Source of the DNA: Selaginella moellendorffii
Taxonomy: Eukaryota > Plantae > Lycopodiophyta
Direction: 5' to 3'
DNA: 64,000 nt
NCBI RefSeq assembly: GCF_000143415.4
Contig: NW_003314375.1
Location: 186,001-250,000, forward strand
Shown: positions 37,077 through 50,254 of the stretch, one piece after another
Numbering within the stretch: position 1 is the stretch's first letter
Layout: each line of letters begins with the position of its first letter
The notes under the pieces: model-generated
Seen by the model: only the letters and a program-made list of their open reading frames with translations
Told to the model about the DNA's origin: nothing
Database searches by the model: none
Program-made: the position numbers and the translations under genes

Positions 37077-39084
37077 ATGGCGCCTCCCGGATTGGAGGTG
37101 GCATCGTCCTCGCCAGAGATCCAGAAGATCACGCCGCTCGATGCTGCTGCTGCCGTGGTGGAGGATGATGGTACCTCCGCGTCCTCGGAGTCCATCGCTA
37201 CTGCTGCGAGAGATCGGGTTGCAGTGATTGGGAGTGGGAATTGGGGGAGCGTTGCGGCCAAGCTCATTGCTTCCAACACTTGCTGCTCTGATCTCTTCGA
37301 TGGTAAAGTATCGATCGATCGAGTCCTTCTTTAGAACTTTCTTTCTTAGAGTTTTTGTGCTTTAGATGAGGTGAGGATGTGGGTCTACGAAGAAACTCTT
37401 CCAAGCGGGGAGAAGCTTTCGCAGGTTATCAACAGGGAAAAGGTTCGTTCATAGGAAGTAGTGTTCTTTCTTTCTTTCAACGAGAAAGCTATGGAAAACT
37501 ATTGGTCTTTGCAGGAAAATGTGAAATACTTGCCTGGAGTTAAGCTTGGATCCAATGTAGTTGCAGTGCCAGACCTTTTGAATGCTGGTAAGCGATGCTC
37601 CTCTCCCTTTTTCGTTTTCTCGTGTGTTCTAAAGGAAATATGTTCTAACCACGAAACAAAACAGTGGCTGATGCAACGATGTTGGTGTTCGTAACTCCTC
37701 ACCAGTTTATCGAGGGAATTTGCAATACATTGAAAGGAAACATACGCCAGAATGCTATTGCCATCTCGCTGATAAAAGGAATGGAGGTACTATTTTCTCT
37801 TTTCTATAGACTAGCTTTTAGCTGTGTTTCACTTCTAGACTAGCTCTTAGCTCTTTCTTACAAAATCCTTTTTCTTTGTTTTTTCCTTCTTTTTTTTCTC
37901 ATCCAGGTCAAGAAAGACGGGCCATGCATGATCTCCAACTTGATCACGGAGCTTCTTGGAATTGACTGCGCTGTTCTCATGGGTGCAAATATTGCCAACG
38001 AGGTAGAATCTTTCAAAGTTTGGTGAACCCTCTGTCTCAAACACGAGAGAACTCGCCAGGTAGCCGTGGAGAAGTTTAGCGAAGCAACTGTTGGCTTCAG
38101 GCATGATAAGCGAGCTGCAGATAAATGGGTGCGAATTTTTCGCAGGCCTTATTTCCTGGTGACTCCTGTGAGTGTTTTCATAATCCTTTTTTTTTTTTTT
38201 TCCCCTCTCTTTGTCAAGCTTTCTTGTTTTAATCCTACTTACAGGTACAAGATGTGGAAGGTGTGGAGTTGTGTGGAACACTGAAAAACGTCGTTGCTGT
38301 TGCCGCTGGTAAAGCTATTCACTCTTTCGCATATATTAAGTTATACTCTTTGATGTAACCGCAGGTCTGGTGGATGGCTTGGACATGGGCAACAACACAA
38401 AGGTGACTGCGTGTTCTTGCCATGAATATATTCCCCACGTTTTCTCTTGTATTGGAAATGCTTGCAGGCCGCAATCATGCGAATCGGGCTGAAAGAGATG
38501 CGATTCTTCTCAAAGCTGCTGTTTCCCTCGGTTCGAGACACCACCTTCTTCGAGAGCTGCGGCGTTGCCGACCTTATCACAACATGCCGTAAGTTTTCCA
38601 TCGTTTTTTCTCCATCGTAATCTTGTTTTAGCCGGTTTTAATCTTCTCGTGACTTTTGTGCTTGTCCAGTTGGAGGTCGCAACAGAAGAGTGGCCGATGC
38701 ATTCGCCAGGAACAAAGGGAAGCGGTACGTTTTTCCATAAACAGAGAAAAAAGAAAAGATTAGAAGAAACTTACCTTGACATTTCAGCTCCTTCGACGAC
38801 TTGGAAACCGAGCTTCTCCAGGGTCAGAAACTCCAGGTAAAAACAACTCATCGAAAGCTTGCAGCTCGTAGAATTGTCATCCTTTTCTTCTCTACCAGGG
38901 AGTTTCAACCGCGAGAGAAGTTTATGAAGTTTTGCGAGCTCGAAAGTGGGAAGAATCGTTCCCACTGTTCTCCACAGTCCATCTCATAGCAACTGGAGCT
39001 CTGGCCCCGTCAGCCATCGTCGAGTACAGCGAGCACACTCCTCGACAAATCACTAGCTCCCAAATCCAGTATTCGTCGCTATGA
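37077..39084 (+). CDS. GPDH: NAD-dependent glycerol-3-phosphate dehydrogenase (GPD1-type), multi-exon
   Basis: [85 protein letters not shown]. Confidence 0.95.
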
Positions 39085-39521
39085 AACAAAGCCAGACTCC
39101 AGAATTACGATCAGAAAGAGATGCTTTGAGAGAAAACAATAAAGAGCGAGAGAGTGAGAGAAACCAAAACTTTTCCTTCCTCCAACCAGACCAATGTACA
39201 ATACAAATCTTTCGAGAGGAACGAACGACAAACACAAAGAAAACAAAAGCTTGGAGGGAGTGAGGAAGAAAGAGAGAAGTACCAAAGTTATATCATAAAT
39301 GCTTCCCTGATCAAGACAGTTGATCCATTTAAAGTCCCATGTTCATCGCAAAGTCTCCATCGCCATTAAAGTCGCGACCATGACTTTGAATCAACAGCAG
39401 TGAGCGATAACTAGTAGAGCCTTCGATCGATTCTTCAAACTTTGTTTGATTCTTCGTTGTCATCTCTATCTTCATCCCTGTTTGTCCTGCCTGTGGTTGC
39501 GGAGAATCGAATTCTTGTTTG

Positions 39522-40307
39522 TTAGAGAACGAACGGGATCACTGCTCGCCGAGAGGCTGGAAACTCCGGAAACTTTGAAACATACCAGCGGCGGTGAGCC
39601 ACAGCTCGCGGGATGAGATTCGCGGCTGTGAAGATGAAGAAGACGAGGCCGGCGGGGGACCAAGTGAGAAGAGCCCAGCCGAGCCACTCGAGGATCTCTC
39701 CGGAGTAATTCGGGCATGCAACGAGCGAGAAGAGCCACCCCTGTGGCAACTTATATCCCCCTCGCTCCTCGCCGGGCTTGCGCAAGGAAATAAGAACCGA
39801 GTCGGCCCAGACGTTGGTCACCATCCCGGCCGCAAAGAGCAAGCTTCCAGAGATGAACTGCGGACTCCGGAGCCAAGTGTCGGGATAAGTTCCAAACTCG
39901 GACAGCCACCGCGCCTGGAGATATCCGTTGTAGATGTTGAAGACGAAGGAGAGAGCGACGATGGCGATGGAGATCGTCTTGCCCCTTGAGCGCATGCGAA
40001 ACGGATAGATGAGAGCCCTGTGCGTGTAGTGGAGCTGGAAAAGTCGGAGGAGGACGAGCGGGACGGTTTCGCTGGAGTGCTTCCCGGCCGAGAAGACGAG
40101 GAGAGTGAACCAGAGAGCCGGGCTTTCCATGAGAACCCATCCATCTCGGGCTGGCATGCTCGGCCCCCAGACGTCCAAGGAAGAAGACGGTGCTGCTTGA
40201 GTGTGGCGACCGTATGGTGCTGTGATTCTCGTCAGCGACGCAGCGGTGGAGAAAGCTAAGATGATGTTCAGCCAGAGCGCCTTCCAGTACCACTGCTCTT
40301 CTTCCAT
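39522..40307 (-). CDS. DET2: Steroid 5-alpha-reductase
   Basis: APYGRH, WVLMESP, HYTHRALIYP, NGYLQARW, YKLPQGWLFSLVACPNYSGEILEWLGWA, HRRWY...FPASRRAVIPF. Confidence 0.93.
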   Translation of the reverse strand: MEEEQWYWKALWLNIILAFSTAASLTRITAPYGRHTQAAPSSSLDVWGPSMPARDGWVLMESPALWFTLLVFSAGKHSSETVPLVLLRLFQLHYTHRALIYPFRMRSRGKTISIAIVALSFVFNIYNGYLQARWLSEFGTYPDTWLRSPQFISGSLLFAAGMVTNVWADSVLISLRKPGEERGGYKLPQGWLFSLVACPNYSGEILEWLGWALLTWSPAGLVFFIFTAANLIPRAVAHRRWYVSKFPEFPASRRAVIPFVL

Positions 40308-40954
40308 CCCAGTCTTCCAATCCCCTGTTCTTCGACTTTTTCCACGAGACTTTCTCGGTTTCTTGGTCTCTTTCCTTGGACTTCTGAATCTGCCTCAAAA
40401 TCTCTCTTTTCCGCCTTGAGGAGATGGCCACCTGTTTTCTCTGCCCCGTAAAAAACTACCTCGATTTTATGGTTACGATACTGCTACCATCTTTCCGGGA
40501 TTCTTGGCTTGCTGACCACGCAAAAATACCACCACCAACACCTCCAGATCTCCTATGTTTCTAGCTCCTTCCCTGTAGCTTGCTCTCGGGAATTCAAAAC
40601 TCTTGTCTCGTTGTCTCCCCCGGCATGAGTTTTCTATAGCGCTAAAATCCTGCCCAAGTTGCATGATGCAGCAACAATCACCAAATTCTCCGCATTCTTT
40701 AAGCTGTCCCTCCCCTGTTCCCCATGGAGTACTTAAAACTCGAAAGACTTGGTCGATCCCCCACTATCCCGTGAATATCTAGATGATTATTGTAGGCGAG
40801 CACGGGGTACTTACCTGTCCACTACCACCAACTTAATCTCTCTAGAGTGCCGCGAGCACAGATACTTGCCCGATCTAGAGATCTTTTCGTGCAGTCACCT
40901 TCCTGTTCCATATCTTCGCTATCTCCATCTTAATGCTTGTCGCTGACGGCCTGT

Positions 40955-43049
40955 CTACGAGAAGACTTTTCCTGCTGTGGATTCTGAGAGTGCTGCTGTC
41001 ATGCTGGCACGGAGATCACGCGTAGCCTGGCCAACATCCGACTGATCAAACAGCGTTGAGACGACGGCCACGCCATGTAGCATCGCCGGACGTGAGTTCA
41101 TGACTTCTTCCACGTTTGCCGCAGATATACCACCAATGGCCACCACCGGAAGTGGGCTTGCTTCGCAGAGAAGACGCAAGCCGTCCAAGCCTATAGTTTT
41201 GTTTTTCTTCTTCGTGGTCGTTGGATAGACTCCTCCGCAGCCAATGTAGTCAGCACCATCTTCGTAAGCTTTTACTGCTTGTTCGACTGTCTTGCAGGAC
41301 GTGCCGATGATCTTGCCGGGACCAAGAATTGAGCGTGCAAGTCGGACTGGCATGTCTGTCTGTCCGAGATGGACACCGTCTGCATTGCACGCGACAGCCA
41401 CGTCCACACGGTCGTTGATCAGTACAGGCACGCCATACTTTCGACCAATAGCAAGGGAAGCCTCGGCAATCTGATCACAAAACTTTAAAAACAAAGACAC
41501 AAAAGTGCGCGCAAAGAGTATAGTATACATACTTTGATGAATTCCAACGTTTCAGCCTCTTTCTCTCTGGAAAGAATCGTCACGACAAATATGAAAATCA
41601 AAACGAGTACAAGTACCTGATCTGGATTATGGTAGCACCACCTTGTATAGCTTGTTCGACTGCTGCAGGTGTCGATCTGTCCCAGCGTTTGTTCATACCA
41701 GAATCTGTAACTGCATATAGGAAGAGCTTCCTGGGGTCGAAGCGACATTGGCGAGAGGAGAGCTTTCCCCAGTCAGCAAGCTGAAAAAAATGATTCATTG
41801 GGCCCTGAGCTCCCCCACCAATTTTTATGCTGCTGCTATGCTCGAGAGCTTTTGCAACGTACTCCTTCGCAGCCTGACGCGACAACGTTAGATCAGTGAT
41901 AATGAAAAGAATGGATCATTGACGCAAGTGTTTACCATGACAGCCGGAAGGACGTCTAAACCTTTAGCGAGCTCAGCCGCTATTGAGGCAGCCAATGTGC
42001 ATCCAGTTCCATGAGTACTCCGTGTTTTTATGCGACTTCCCCGCAACTCGTGCCATTCAGAACCTGTCGATTAAAAGAAGATAAAAAAGTCACAGAACAA
42101 CCAATGTAAGATTTACCATCGTAAAGAACGTCCACAAGATCGTGCGAGTTCTTCAGATGTCCCCCTTTGACAAGAACATACCTGTCGAAAGAAAACCACC
42201 CTCAAATCCAATAATAAAATATTTTTGCTCTCACCTTGGTCCCATTCGGTGAATCTCTGCCGCAACTTCTCTCATGTCAAGCACAGTATTCACAGGTTTA
42301 CCATCAGCTAGAACCGAGGCTTCCAACATATTTGGTGTCACGATAGTCGCCAAAGGAAGCAGAGCTTTCCTGCGAGGGAAACAAACACAAAAAAGACGTA
42401 TGAAAATCGCGAAAGACGAGCTGGAAAATCCATACCTCAATCGATCCAAAATGCTAGGACCTGAAAGCTCATGCCCACTCGTTGACACCATGACAGGATC
42501 CACCACCAAAGCTGCAAAACTTTCGCAAAGTTCGTGAGCGCTTTGGACGAAACTAAACAAGAACATACATCCAATCGAGTACTGTTTGATCCTAGAGCAC
42601 ACACTCTGGATGATCTCGGGAGAAGCCAGCATTCCCGTTTTCACCTGGAAAGATTCGTGAAGCACGAGACAAAAGGAGGAAAGAACTTACCACATCAACG
42701 TGAATATCATCGAGCACCGAGTTTATTTGCTGTTCCACAAATGCCGCTGGTAGAGTACTTATTCCCTGGACTAATGAAAAATCCTTGAGCTAAAGGAGAG
42801 ATCCAATCCAGCGAAGGAGCAAACCTGGACGCCGATCGTGTTCTGCGCGGTGACAGACGTGATCGCGGAGCAGCAATAGACGCCACGAGCAGCGCAGGCC
42901 TTGATATCGGCTTGAATTCCCGCTCCAGCGCCGGAATCCGAGCCAGCGATCGTGAGAACGCACGGGACATGGACTGGCGAGTCCGTGGAGAACGCCGCCG
43001 CTGCTGTGACGCTCTTGAATCGGAAGGAGCAAGCGAGATTTAGCATCAT
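40955..43049 (-). CDS. TH1: Bifunctional HMP-P kinase / thiamine-phosphate synthase (ThiD-ThiE), multi-exon
   Basis: [61 protein letters not shown]...[22 protein letters not shown]. Confidence 0.95.
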
Positions 43050-43103
43050 CTCTCAGATTTTTAGGGTTCTTGAGAGGGTTTTAGGGTTTATTGGGCAAAT
43101 GCG
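43050..43103. promoter_or_regulatory. Very short bidirectional intergenic region with telo-box
   Basis: 54 bp between divergent ATGs; TAGGGTTT at 43082-43089 plus two near-copies. Confidence 0.6.
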
Positions 43104-44631
43104 ATGATTCGATCGCATGGCGCCATCGCCCTCGCGAGTTTTGCGTCGAAATGTGACGAGCTTGTGCCTTGTCGCGGCGCGAAATGCAGCATTTCCTGTG
43201 GAGCGACGAGTTCTTCTTCCTCTTCCTCCTCCAATAGCAGCGAGAATTATCGGCGAACTCTTGAGGCGCTCAAATCGAAGAATAGGAGGCCAAAGCGATG
43301 GCTTGGACAGGTAGCATTTCTTCTTCTTCTTGAGTTTGAGTCGATGATGCTTGTCGCCCACCCAGAATTACATGGTAAATTCGAATATCAATGACGAAAT
43401 CGTGAGAGCTGCCGAGATCCAACCGGGTGATTTGGTGCTGGAAATTGGGCCGGGCACTGGAGCTCTTACGGATTCCCTCTTGTGTGCCGGAGCTTACGTT
43501 ATAGCTGTAGAAAAGGTTCGCGAAATCTTTCTTCCTTCTATCATTTTATCTATCTCGTGTAGGATCCAGACATGGTCTCTCTGGTTTCCGAACGCTTCAA
43601 AGATAATCCTAGAGTGAAGGTAGTCTCTTTCTTTTCTCTCTCATTTTTCTCTCCTTTCAGTTGTTCCAGGACGATATTTTGAAGTGGCATATAAGATTAC
43701 ATCTAAGCAACTGGATGGAAACCATCAAAAGTCCATCTAAACTTGTTAAGGTGGGGTGTGTCTTTCTTTTATTCCATTTCTTTGACTTCTCTTTCATTTT
43801 GTTCCCTGAATACATCTTTGTTTCAGGTTGTCTCCAATCTGCCTTTTAACATCACAACGGATGTTGTGAAAAAGCTGCTACCTATGGGAGACTTGTTTTC
43901 TAACGTAGTGCTGCTTTTACAAGTATGGTGGGAGCTTATGTATGTCTTTCCAGAGCACTAAAGCGAGCGATCCTGTAGGATGAGGCTGCTGCAAGGTTTA
44001 TTGACGATTCTCCAAAAGGAGATGAATATCGGCCCATCAGCATATTCATTCGATTTTTCTCAGGTGAGCCTTTTGTTTTTTATGCTTCCTTCAAAACCTT
44101 TACTTGTTTGCAGAGATGGAGTACAAATTCAAAGTGGATCGCTTGAACTTTTTCCCTCCTCCCCCTGTAAGTGTTATCAAGCGTACGCGCCGTGCGCATA
44201 TTTTAATGCGTGTGTCTTCTAGCAGGTTAACGGTGCGGTTGTGTCCTTTTCCTTGAAAGATAGTTCTCAATACCCTGAAGTCAAATCTGTCAAGAGGTTC
44301 TTTACTCTGGTTAGTTGATCTCGCAAGTATCCATGGAAATATAACTAGATGGTTGTAAATTTCAGGTGAATTCAGCCTTCACCGGGAAACGAAAAATGCT
44401 GCGAACATCCCTGCGGCATCTCTACAGTAGTTCCGAGGTTGAAAATGCTCTTTGTTCCATCGGCGTCGTTGAGACTGTAAGATGTTTTATCATTTTTCCT
44501 TTGTTCCTAGCTCGTTCGCTGGATTCTTCCAGGCAAGGCCTCATCAACTATCATTCAGTCAGTTTGTTAATCTTCACAACACTCTGGCAGCGCAGAGTGT
44601 GACTGAGATGGACAAGATGGGCAATGCCTAG
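43104..44631 (+). CDS. PFC1: Plastid rRNA adenine dimethyltransferase (KsgA/RsmA), multi-exon
   Basis: Transit peptide, then PKRWLGQNYMVN, VLEIGPGTGALT, VVSNLPFNITT, FFPPPP, SAFTGKRKMLR. Confidence 0.9.
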
Positions 44632-46098
44632 TTGTTTGTGGAGGTACAGATCTTTTCTTTTTAATCATTTTCGGGGGGGATGCATTTGAATTCTTCGTTG
44701 GATCTCCTAGTGCTTGAATCGTCGAGTCCAAATTCTTTAAGGCTGCTCACCGACTTATCCTTTGTTTTCTAATTTTCGCTGTTCCCTGAAGTGGCTGCTT
44801 CTATGGATGGCTGCGTTTGTTTAAGCATGTGTGCTTCTCTTGATTTGTCTTTGGATTTGTTAGCATGAAACCTACCGAGTTAAAGGCCCCTTTCTTGCTT
44901 CAGTTGCATTAACGTGCCTTCACAGTGCGGAGGTACATAGCTTTTGTTGTCAATGACAGCAGATCTGATTTTCTATGCCTTTCTTCTTGCAAGCTGTAAG
45001 TTCAGGGTATTGATTGGCTCATGCTGCTCGCAAGGGCTTTGCTTTCCGTGTACGGAACGGGTGCTGGAAATTATCTTTGGCAAAGCTGATGAATGCGTGT
45101 GTGGTAGTTCGCTCATGCCTGATGTTTGGTATCTCTTTGGTGCTGTGGGATGCTCCGAGAACCGAGCTTCCAGAATTGGATTACTCTTTTATCCGTGCTA
45201 TATGGGAAGTCGATGACTGGTCTGGCTGTGCAGATGTCCAGACCTGGGAGCTGAGGAAAAGAAAAAGCAGGAGAGAAAAAAGTAGCGAGTGCCAGGATTG
45301 CAGCAAGGGGCAGCCAATGCCGTCAACTCCTGTTAGCTAGGCAGTTTCATTCGCTGCCTCAGGAGATATCCGGCCGTGGCTAGTGGAGAGAAAGCTTATC
45401 AGGAGGACTCATCAACAAAACAGATGCGGAAGAAAATCAAAGCGCCTGTGGTTGTCTCTGTCAACGAAGAACACCTCGCGAGTCGTCTCGTCTCGCGTCG
45501 CCTGCTATCTCCAGTAAGCATGGAAGTCTATGGAGATTTGATTTGGCTCACAAGTACTAATGGATGTGGACGTGTTAGAGTTAGCAGGAACATTGGTACT
45601 TAAAACGATGACGCGAAATGTTATTAAGCAAATCCAAGGTGTGCCTAGTGCAATGCATCTTGCATGCCTAGCCATTGTTGTTTTTTGGACGACCAAACGG
45701 CGTCGGTCTTTGTCAGAAGATCATAACCAAGGTACTGCTTTTCATTTTATTTATATTTGTTAGATGATGTTTGGAAAACTGAAGGTGTGGAATGCCAAGG
45801 ATTGTGAACGGGTTTAGAGAGGAAGAAACTTGGAATGTCGCGATCATTGACGACTAGCACACTTAATTTACTTTTGCGCTTGATCTCCAAATCCTTGAAG
45901 GCGGCATATAAAACAAGATCAGCTGGATGATTTATCTTGTTTGCCACTTGCAGCACTGCAGCATGGCCAGTAACAGCAGTACCAAATCGTCTTAACAGAT
46001 GGAAAGCTCGCTGTTTAAGACATACAAGCAAAGCGTTAATACAGGTTTTGCAACAAACAGCTTGAGGATTCCAGGAAGAAAGAAAGAAAGAATCAGAA

Positions 46099-47100
46099 TC
46101 AAGAGTAGCGATCCCAAGTAGATGGATCCCAGATGGTGCCGTCCTCAGCATTTTCTTCGTTGTCGTCGCGATCATCTTGCGGTGGTGGTGGCAGTGGAAC
46201 GGCCAGTGCTTCAGCCATACTGGATAGAATGGTGGGCATGTTGAAGATGAAATCCTCGTCAACGTACTCAAATGTCTGTGGAGAAGCCCCCGCAGCAGCT
46301 GCAGTAGCATCAGAAGCCGCAGTTTGGATTTGAGATGAGTGACGGTGATGATCAGAGGAGAGTTTACTGCGAGAACCTGGAGAAGAAGAAACTTCCAACT
46401 TGACGACTTTAGCCGGCTGCTGGGAGTTTTGCTGCTCTTCGTGCCGCTCAGTTTGGTCCGGTTGCTCCTCCTGTTCCTGCTGCTGCTGCTGTGGAGCAGT
46501 GTATGGAAGAAGTCTATCCTGGAAAGACATTGCTGCTGATGTAGCTGCTTCCTGGATACATTTCGGCGACAAACGCTCAGGACGAGGCAAAGTGTGGACT
46601 GAATCCGGAAAATTCAAGTGAGCGTCCTCTCCTCGAAGGCAGAGAGCAGCAACATCGTGAGCCCGAGCAGCCATCTCCGGTGTCGGAAAGGAACCGAGCC
46701 ATATCCGGTTCTTCTTCTTCGGCTCCCGGATCTCGGACACCCACTTCCCCCAGCTGCGTCGGCGTACACCGATGTAAACTGGATGCCTGTCCGAGGGCTT
46801 GGACCTGGACGAAGAGCCTCCGCGTCCTCGAGCTCGTCCACCTTTGTGAAACGACGAAGAAATATCCTGATCGCCCGCTCCGGTGGAGGAGTCATCGCCA
46901 TCGCCACTTCCAGCGCTGGGTGTGCCGGCGGAGCATTCCTTGTCCGCCAGCTGAAGCCTGGATCAACGACCCCTCTTCTCCGTTATCCAATCCAGCAAGC
47001 CATCAGCAACAGGTACCTTGATGCGTTTGTGAGCGGCACTAGTAACACTCTTGGCAGCCGCAGGACCAGCACAGCTTCTTCCGTGGAGCTCTCTCTGCAT
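46099..47100 (-). CDS. AP2/ERF transcription factor, DREB A-4/TINY-like; predicted 5' exon 47017-47100
   Basis: [49 protein letters not shown]...LNFP...LPRP; an intron at 46951-47016 removes an in-frame TGA and links to the ATG at 47100. Confidence 0.9.
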
Positions 47101-47972
47101 TACAGAACGCTCTTTTCGACTGGGACTATGGTGTTAGCAGTGGAGACTCGCTCAAAGGTAACCAGCAATCAAACACTCTAGATTTCATCAAGTAGAAAAG
47201 AGGAGAAGGTTTGGAGCGCACACATCTCTCTCGACAGTAGATTTGGAAGCAACGAGAGCTCTTCAAGGAGAAAAAGCGCTATCCCACCAGAAAGAAGGCA
47301 ACAATGAGACGAACGAACGAAGCTACGAACCAACAAACCACCTTTAATGTGTGTTGCATGGGATGGGCCATTCTTTCTCGGCCGCAGGGACTCGTACGAA
47401 TTACCAAAGCGCTGCAAGGGCGACCAGTTCAGCCGCGCGAAGAGAGAGACGAAGAAAAACAAAACTCGGGGCTCGCGAATCCCAGCCGTCGCTCCCCCGC
47501 ATCCGACGGCCCCTAGACAAAGATACTGGCCACGTCGCGGATCCGCTGAGATCCCGCCACGCGTCGGGCGCACGCGGCCAATGGGTCGTGGGAAATTGTT
47601 GTAGCCCATGACCACATCACATTGGTGACGTCGACGTCCCAACAAAGTACTTGGCAAAAAAACTAACCAGTCCCTTTTTTTGGTGGCTAATTATCTTTTT
47701 GGGATACATTAAAAAATGGAGAAAAGAAATATTTTGGAAGGGGATTAAAATCGAGCCCACGACACGGCAGCAGGGCAGCGCAGCGGGCAGAATCTTTTTG
47801 GCTGCCCAGCAGGGCAGCAGGATTTTCACCTTTACGTATTTTATTCATTTACCACGTAACACCGACATTACCACGGTAACTTTTGGCGGTAAGAATTAGG
47901 AAGCCCTAAGACTCTTAATAAAGGTAAATACTTTTGTTAGGTAAAGTACTCTGCGATTTAGGGTTCTTGGTG

Positions 47973-48303
47973 CTACTCGAACAGGGGCGCTAGATCCGGG
48001 TCTGCTAAATCCACGTCCAGGAAGCCCTTGATTGCCAGGAACTCGGCGATTCGCGGCGGCGGCGGCTTGGCTTCCACCGAGTCGAGCATCCTCTGGAGCT
48101 CCGCGGCGCCGTATTTCGCTCGAATCCTGTTGAGCTCGATCTTCTTGGTGGGAATGTACTCGAATTGCGTGCCGAGAGGGAGATCGTACTTGCTCGCCGG
48201 TGGCGCCGGCTGCTCGTCAGGCTTCTTTGCCGCTGCATTGGATCGATTGTGAGAGCAGGAATTGGGTCGAGAAGGATTGACACTCACCGGGGGAAGAAAG
48301 CAT
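47973..48303 (-). CDS. Small hypothetical protein (~92 aa, 2 exons)
   Basis: ATG 48303 MLSSP, intron GTGAGT...TGCAG, then AAKKPDEQ...DLAPLFE*; GC-rich, coding-like composition. Confidence 0.55.
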
Positions 48304-48365
48304 GGCGATTGATTTTTAGGGTTTTTCGTTCCTGGGTATGCCCTACTTGGGTATTGTAGAAGAGA

Positions 48366-50254
48366 ATGGAGGGCGCCACTGCCGTCGCCTTTCCTTTTCT
48401 TCGATGCGGAGGCATTGGGCTAAGCCCGCGAGCGACATTTCGTCCGCGCGCTTGTAGCTTGGAGAGTGTCGATGGCTCTGGCAGCAAGAAGAAAGAGCAG
48501 CTTCTCGCTGCTATCAAGGGAGAATGTGGTAAACTCTTGTGTGCTATGTCCCTCTTGGGCGCTGGTCTCGCTGCTTCTTTGGCTGGCGAACATCGAGGCC
48601 ATGCTTGTTTTGCTCGGATTTCTGGAGAGCAGCAAACTTCTACCAGGATTTCTTTTGCTGCTGCTGAAAGTCGGGAGCTCGAGCACGAAAACAAGAATGT
48701 ACTAGATGTTCGAGCTTCAGGTATCTCATAGTCCTAGATGTTTTCGATTATTACAACTCTCGCTTCTAAAACCAGTGGTCTTCAATGTCTAGGAAGATGG
48801 AGCTGAGAATATGAGTGAAGAGATGCAACGTGCTTACGAGCAGTGGAAGACGGTTCCATATTCTATAAGCTTTCCACTGAGGATAGTCGGCCTTCGAGGA
48901 TCGGTTCCTCCTGTTTGGATCAAGGTATCGCTTTTGTGTCTTTCATTTGTGTATTTGAGAGAATCTTTTGGTGGCAGGATTTTATGGTGTCTCAAGGGAA
49001 ACAAATGAAACTCGGTGCAGAGTTTCTTGGATCTCTCGACACAATTTACACCCAGCTTGTGTCTGCTAAAAACAGTGGACAACTTACGAGTAAGTCGACC
49101 ATGGCGGCTGACGTTGTCACGCTCGGAGATTCGTGGCTTGGTGCCGCCATAAGAAACAAGCTGATCGCTTCTGTTGGGAAACCCCAGGAGCTCGAGTGGT
49201 TTCAGCATCTTGACCCGAAATGGCAGGTACTTTTTCTTTTTTTTTTTCAGAGTCTTTCACTACATTACGAAACTTTGATTTTTACAGGCCATCCTTAGAC
49301 GCGATGCACAAGGGCGTCCAGACGAAACTGGACAAGTTTGGGGTGCGCCATATCGGTGTGGTTGCATGGTGATAGCTTATAGGAAAGACAAACTTGCAAA
49401 AGCTGGTCTACAAGATATCAAGGTACAAACAGTTGCGTAAAAAGTTTTCCTGTAAAACTTTCTGTTTTCCTCAGGACTGGGACGATCTTTGGAAGCCAGA
49501 GCTTGCCGGAAAAATTTCCATGATAGAATCCACACGAGAGGTCGTCGGTCTGGTGCTAAAGTCCCTCGGAGCGTCTTACAATGCAAGAAATCTCGATGCC
49601 GAAGTTCACGGTGGACAAGAAGCTGTCAAGGAGAGATTTTTGAGATTAAGAAAACAGGCAAGTGACCACCCCGCTTGATTGTGCTTTTCACTGTGCACTT
49701 CTCCGCAGGTGAGAGTGTTCGAAAACATCAACTATTTGAGAGCTTTAGGAGCGGGAGATGTCTGGATCGCGGTGGGATGGTCGAATGACGTTCTACCATT
49801 TGCTAAGCGGCAATCCAACGTTGGTGTTATAGCTCCTGCGTCCGGGACTAGTCTTTGGGCCGATGTATGGGTAAGTTTTGATATTCTTCCAGTGATGATT
49901 CATTCGTGACACTGTTCTCTCTACGTGCAGGCAATCCCTGCTGCGACCACAATCAAAAGTGATAAAGCCGGTGGACGCATAAGAGGACCCTCTCCACTGG
50001 TATCTCAATGGCTAGAGTTTTGCCTCCAGCCAGCGCGAAGTTTGGCCTTCCACCAGGAAGCGTTTTGTGGAGCTTCGCCATTGAGATTCGCAGACGTCGC
50101 TGACAACGGATCTTCAGAGCCTGCTGGTCCCCGGCTGGATACAAATCTTGTCTCTGGATTGCCACCGAAAGACATCCTTGGCAAGAGCGAGTTCCTGGAG
50201 CCGCTGGAAGAAGAAACTCTTGCAAAGTATCGGTGGTTACTCGAAGCCGAGTGA
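48366..50254 (+). CDS. ENF2: Plastid PotD/PotF-like polyamine-binding protein (ENF2-like), multi-exon
   Basis: PLRIVGLRGSVPPVWIKDF, ADVVTLGDSWL, WGAPYR, DWDDLWKPELAGKISM, VWIAVGWSNDV, SGTSLWADVW, SPLVSQWLEFCLQPAR. Confidence 0.85.

Noticed and set aside
40400-40955. Possible TPP riboswitch downstream of TH1
   Set aside because: No CTGAGA...CCTGA aptamer core seen; plant TPP riboswitches are known from THIC/THI1, not TH1.
44940-46060. Possible C/D snoRNAs or a gene between PFC1 and DREB
   Set aside because: TGATGA/CTGA spacings are too short, with no clear terminal stems or rRNA guides; ORF fragments are unrecognisable.
46618-47181. 187-aa + strand ORF
   Set aside because: Antisense shadow of the DREB gene.
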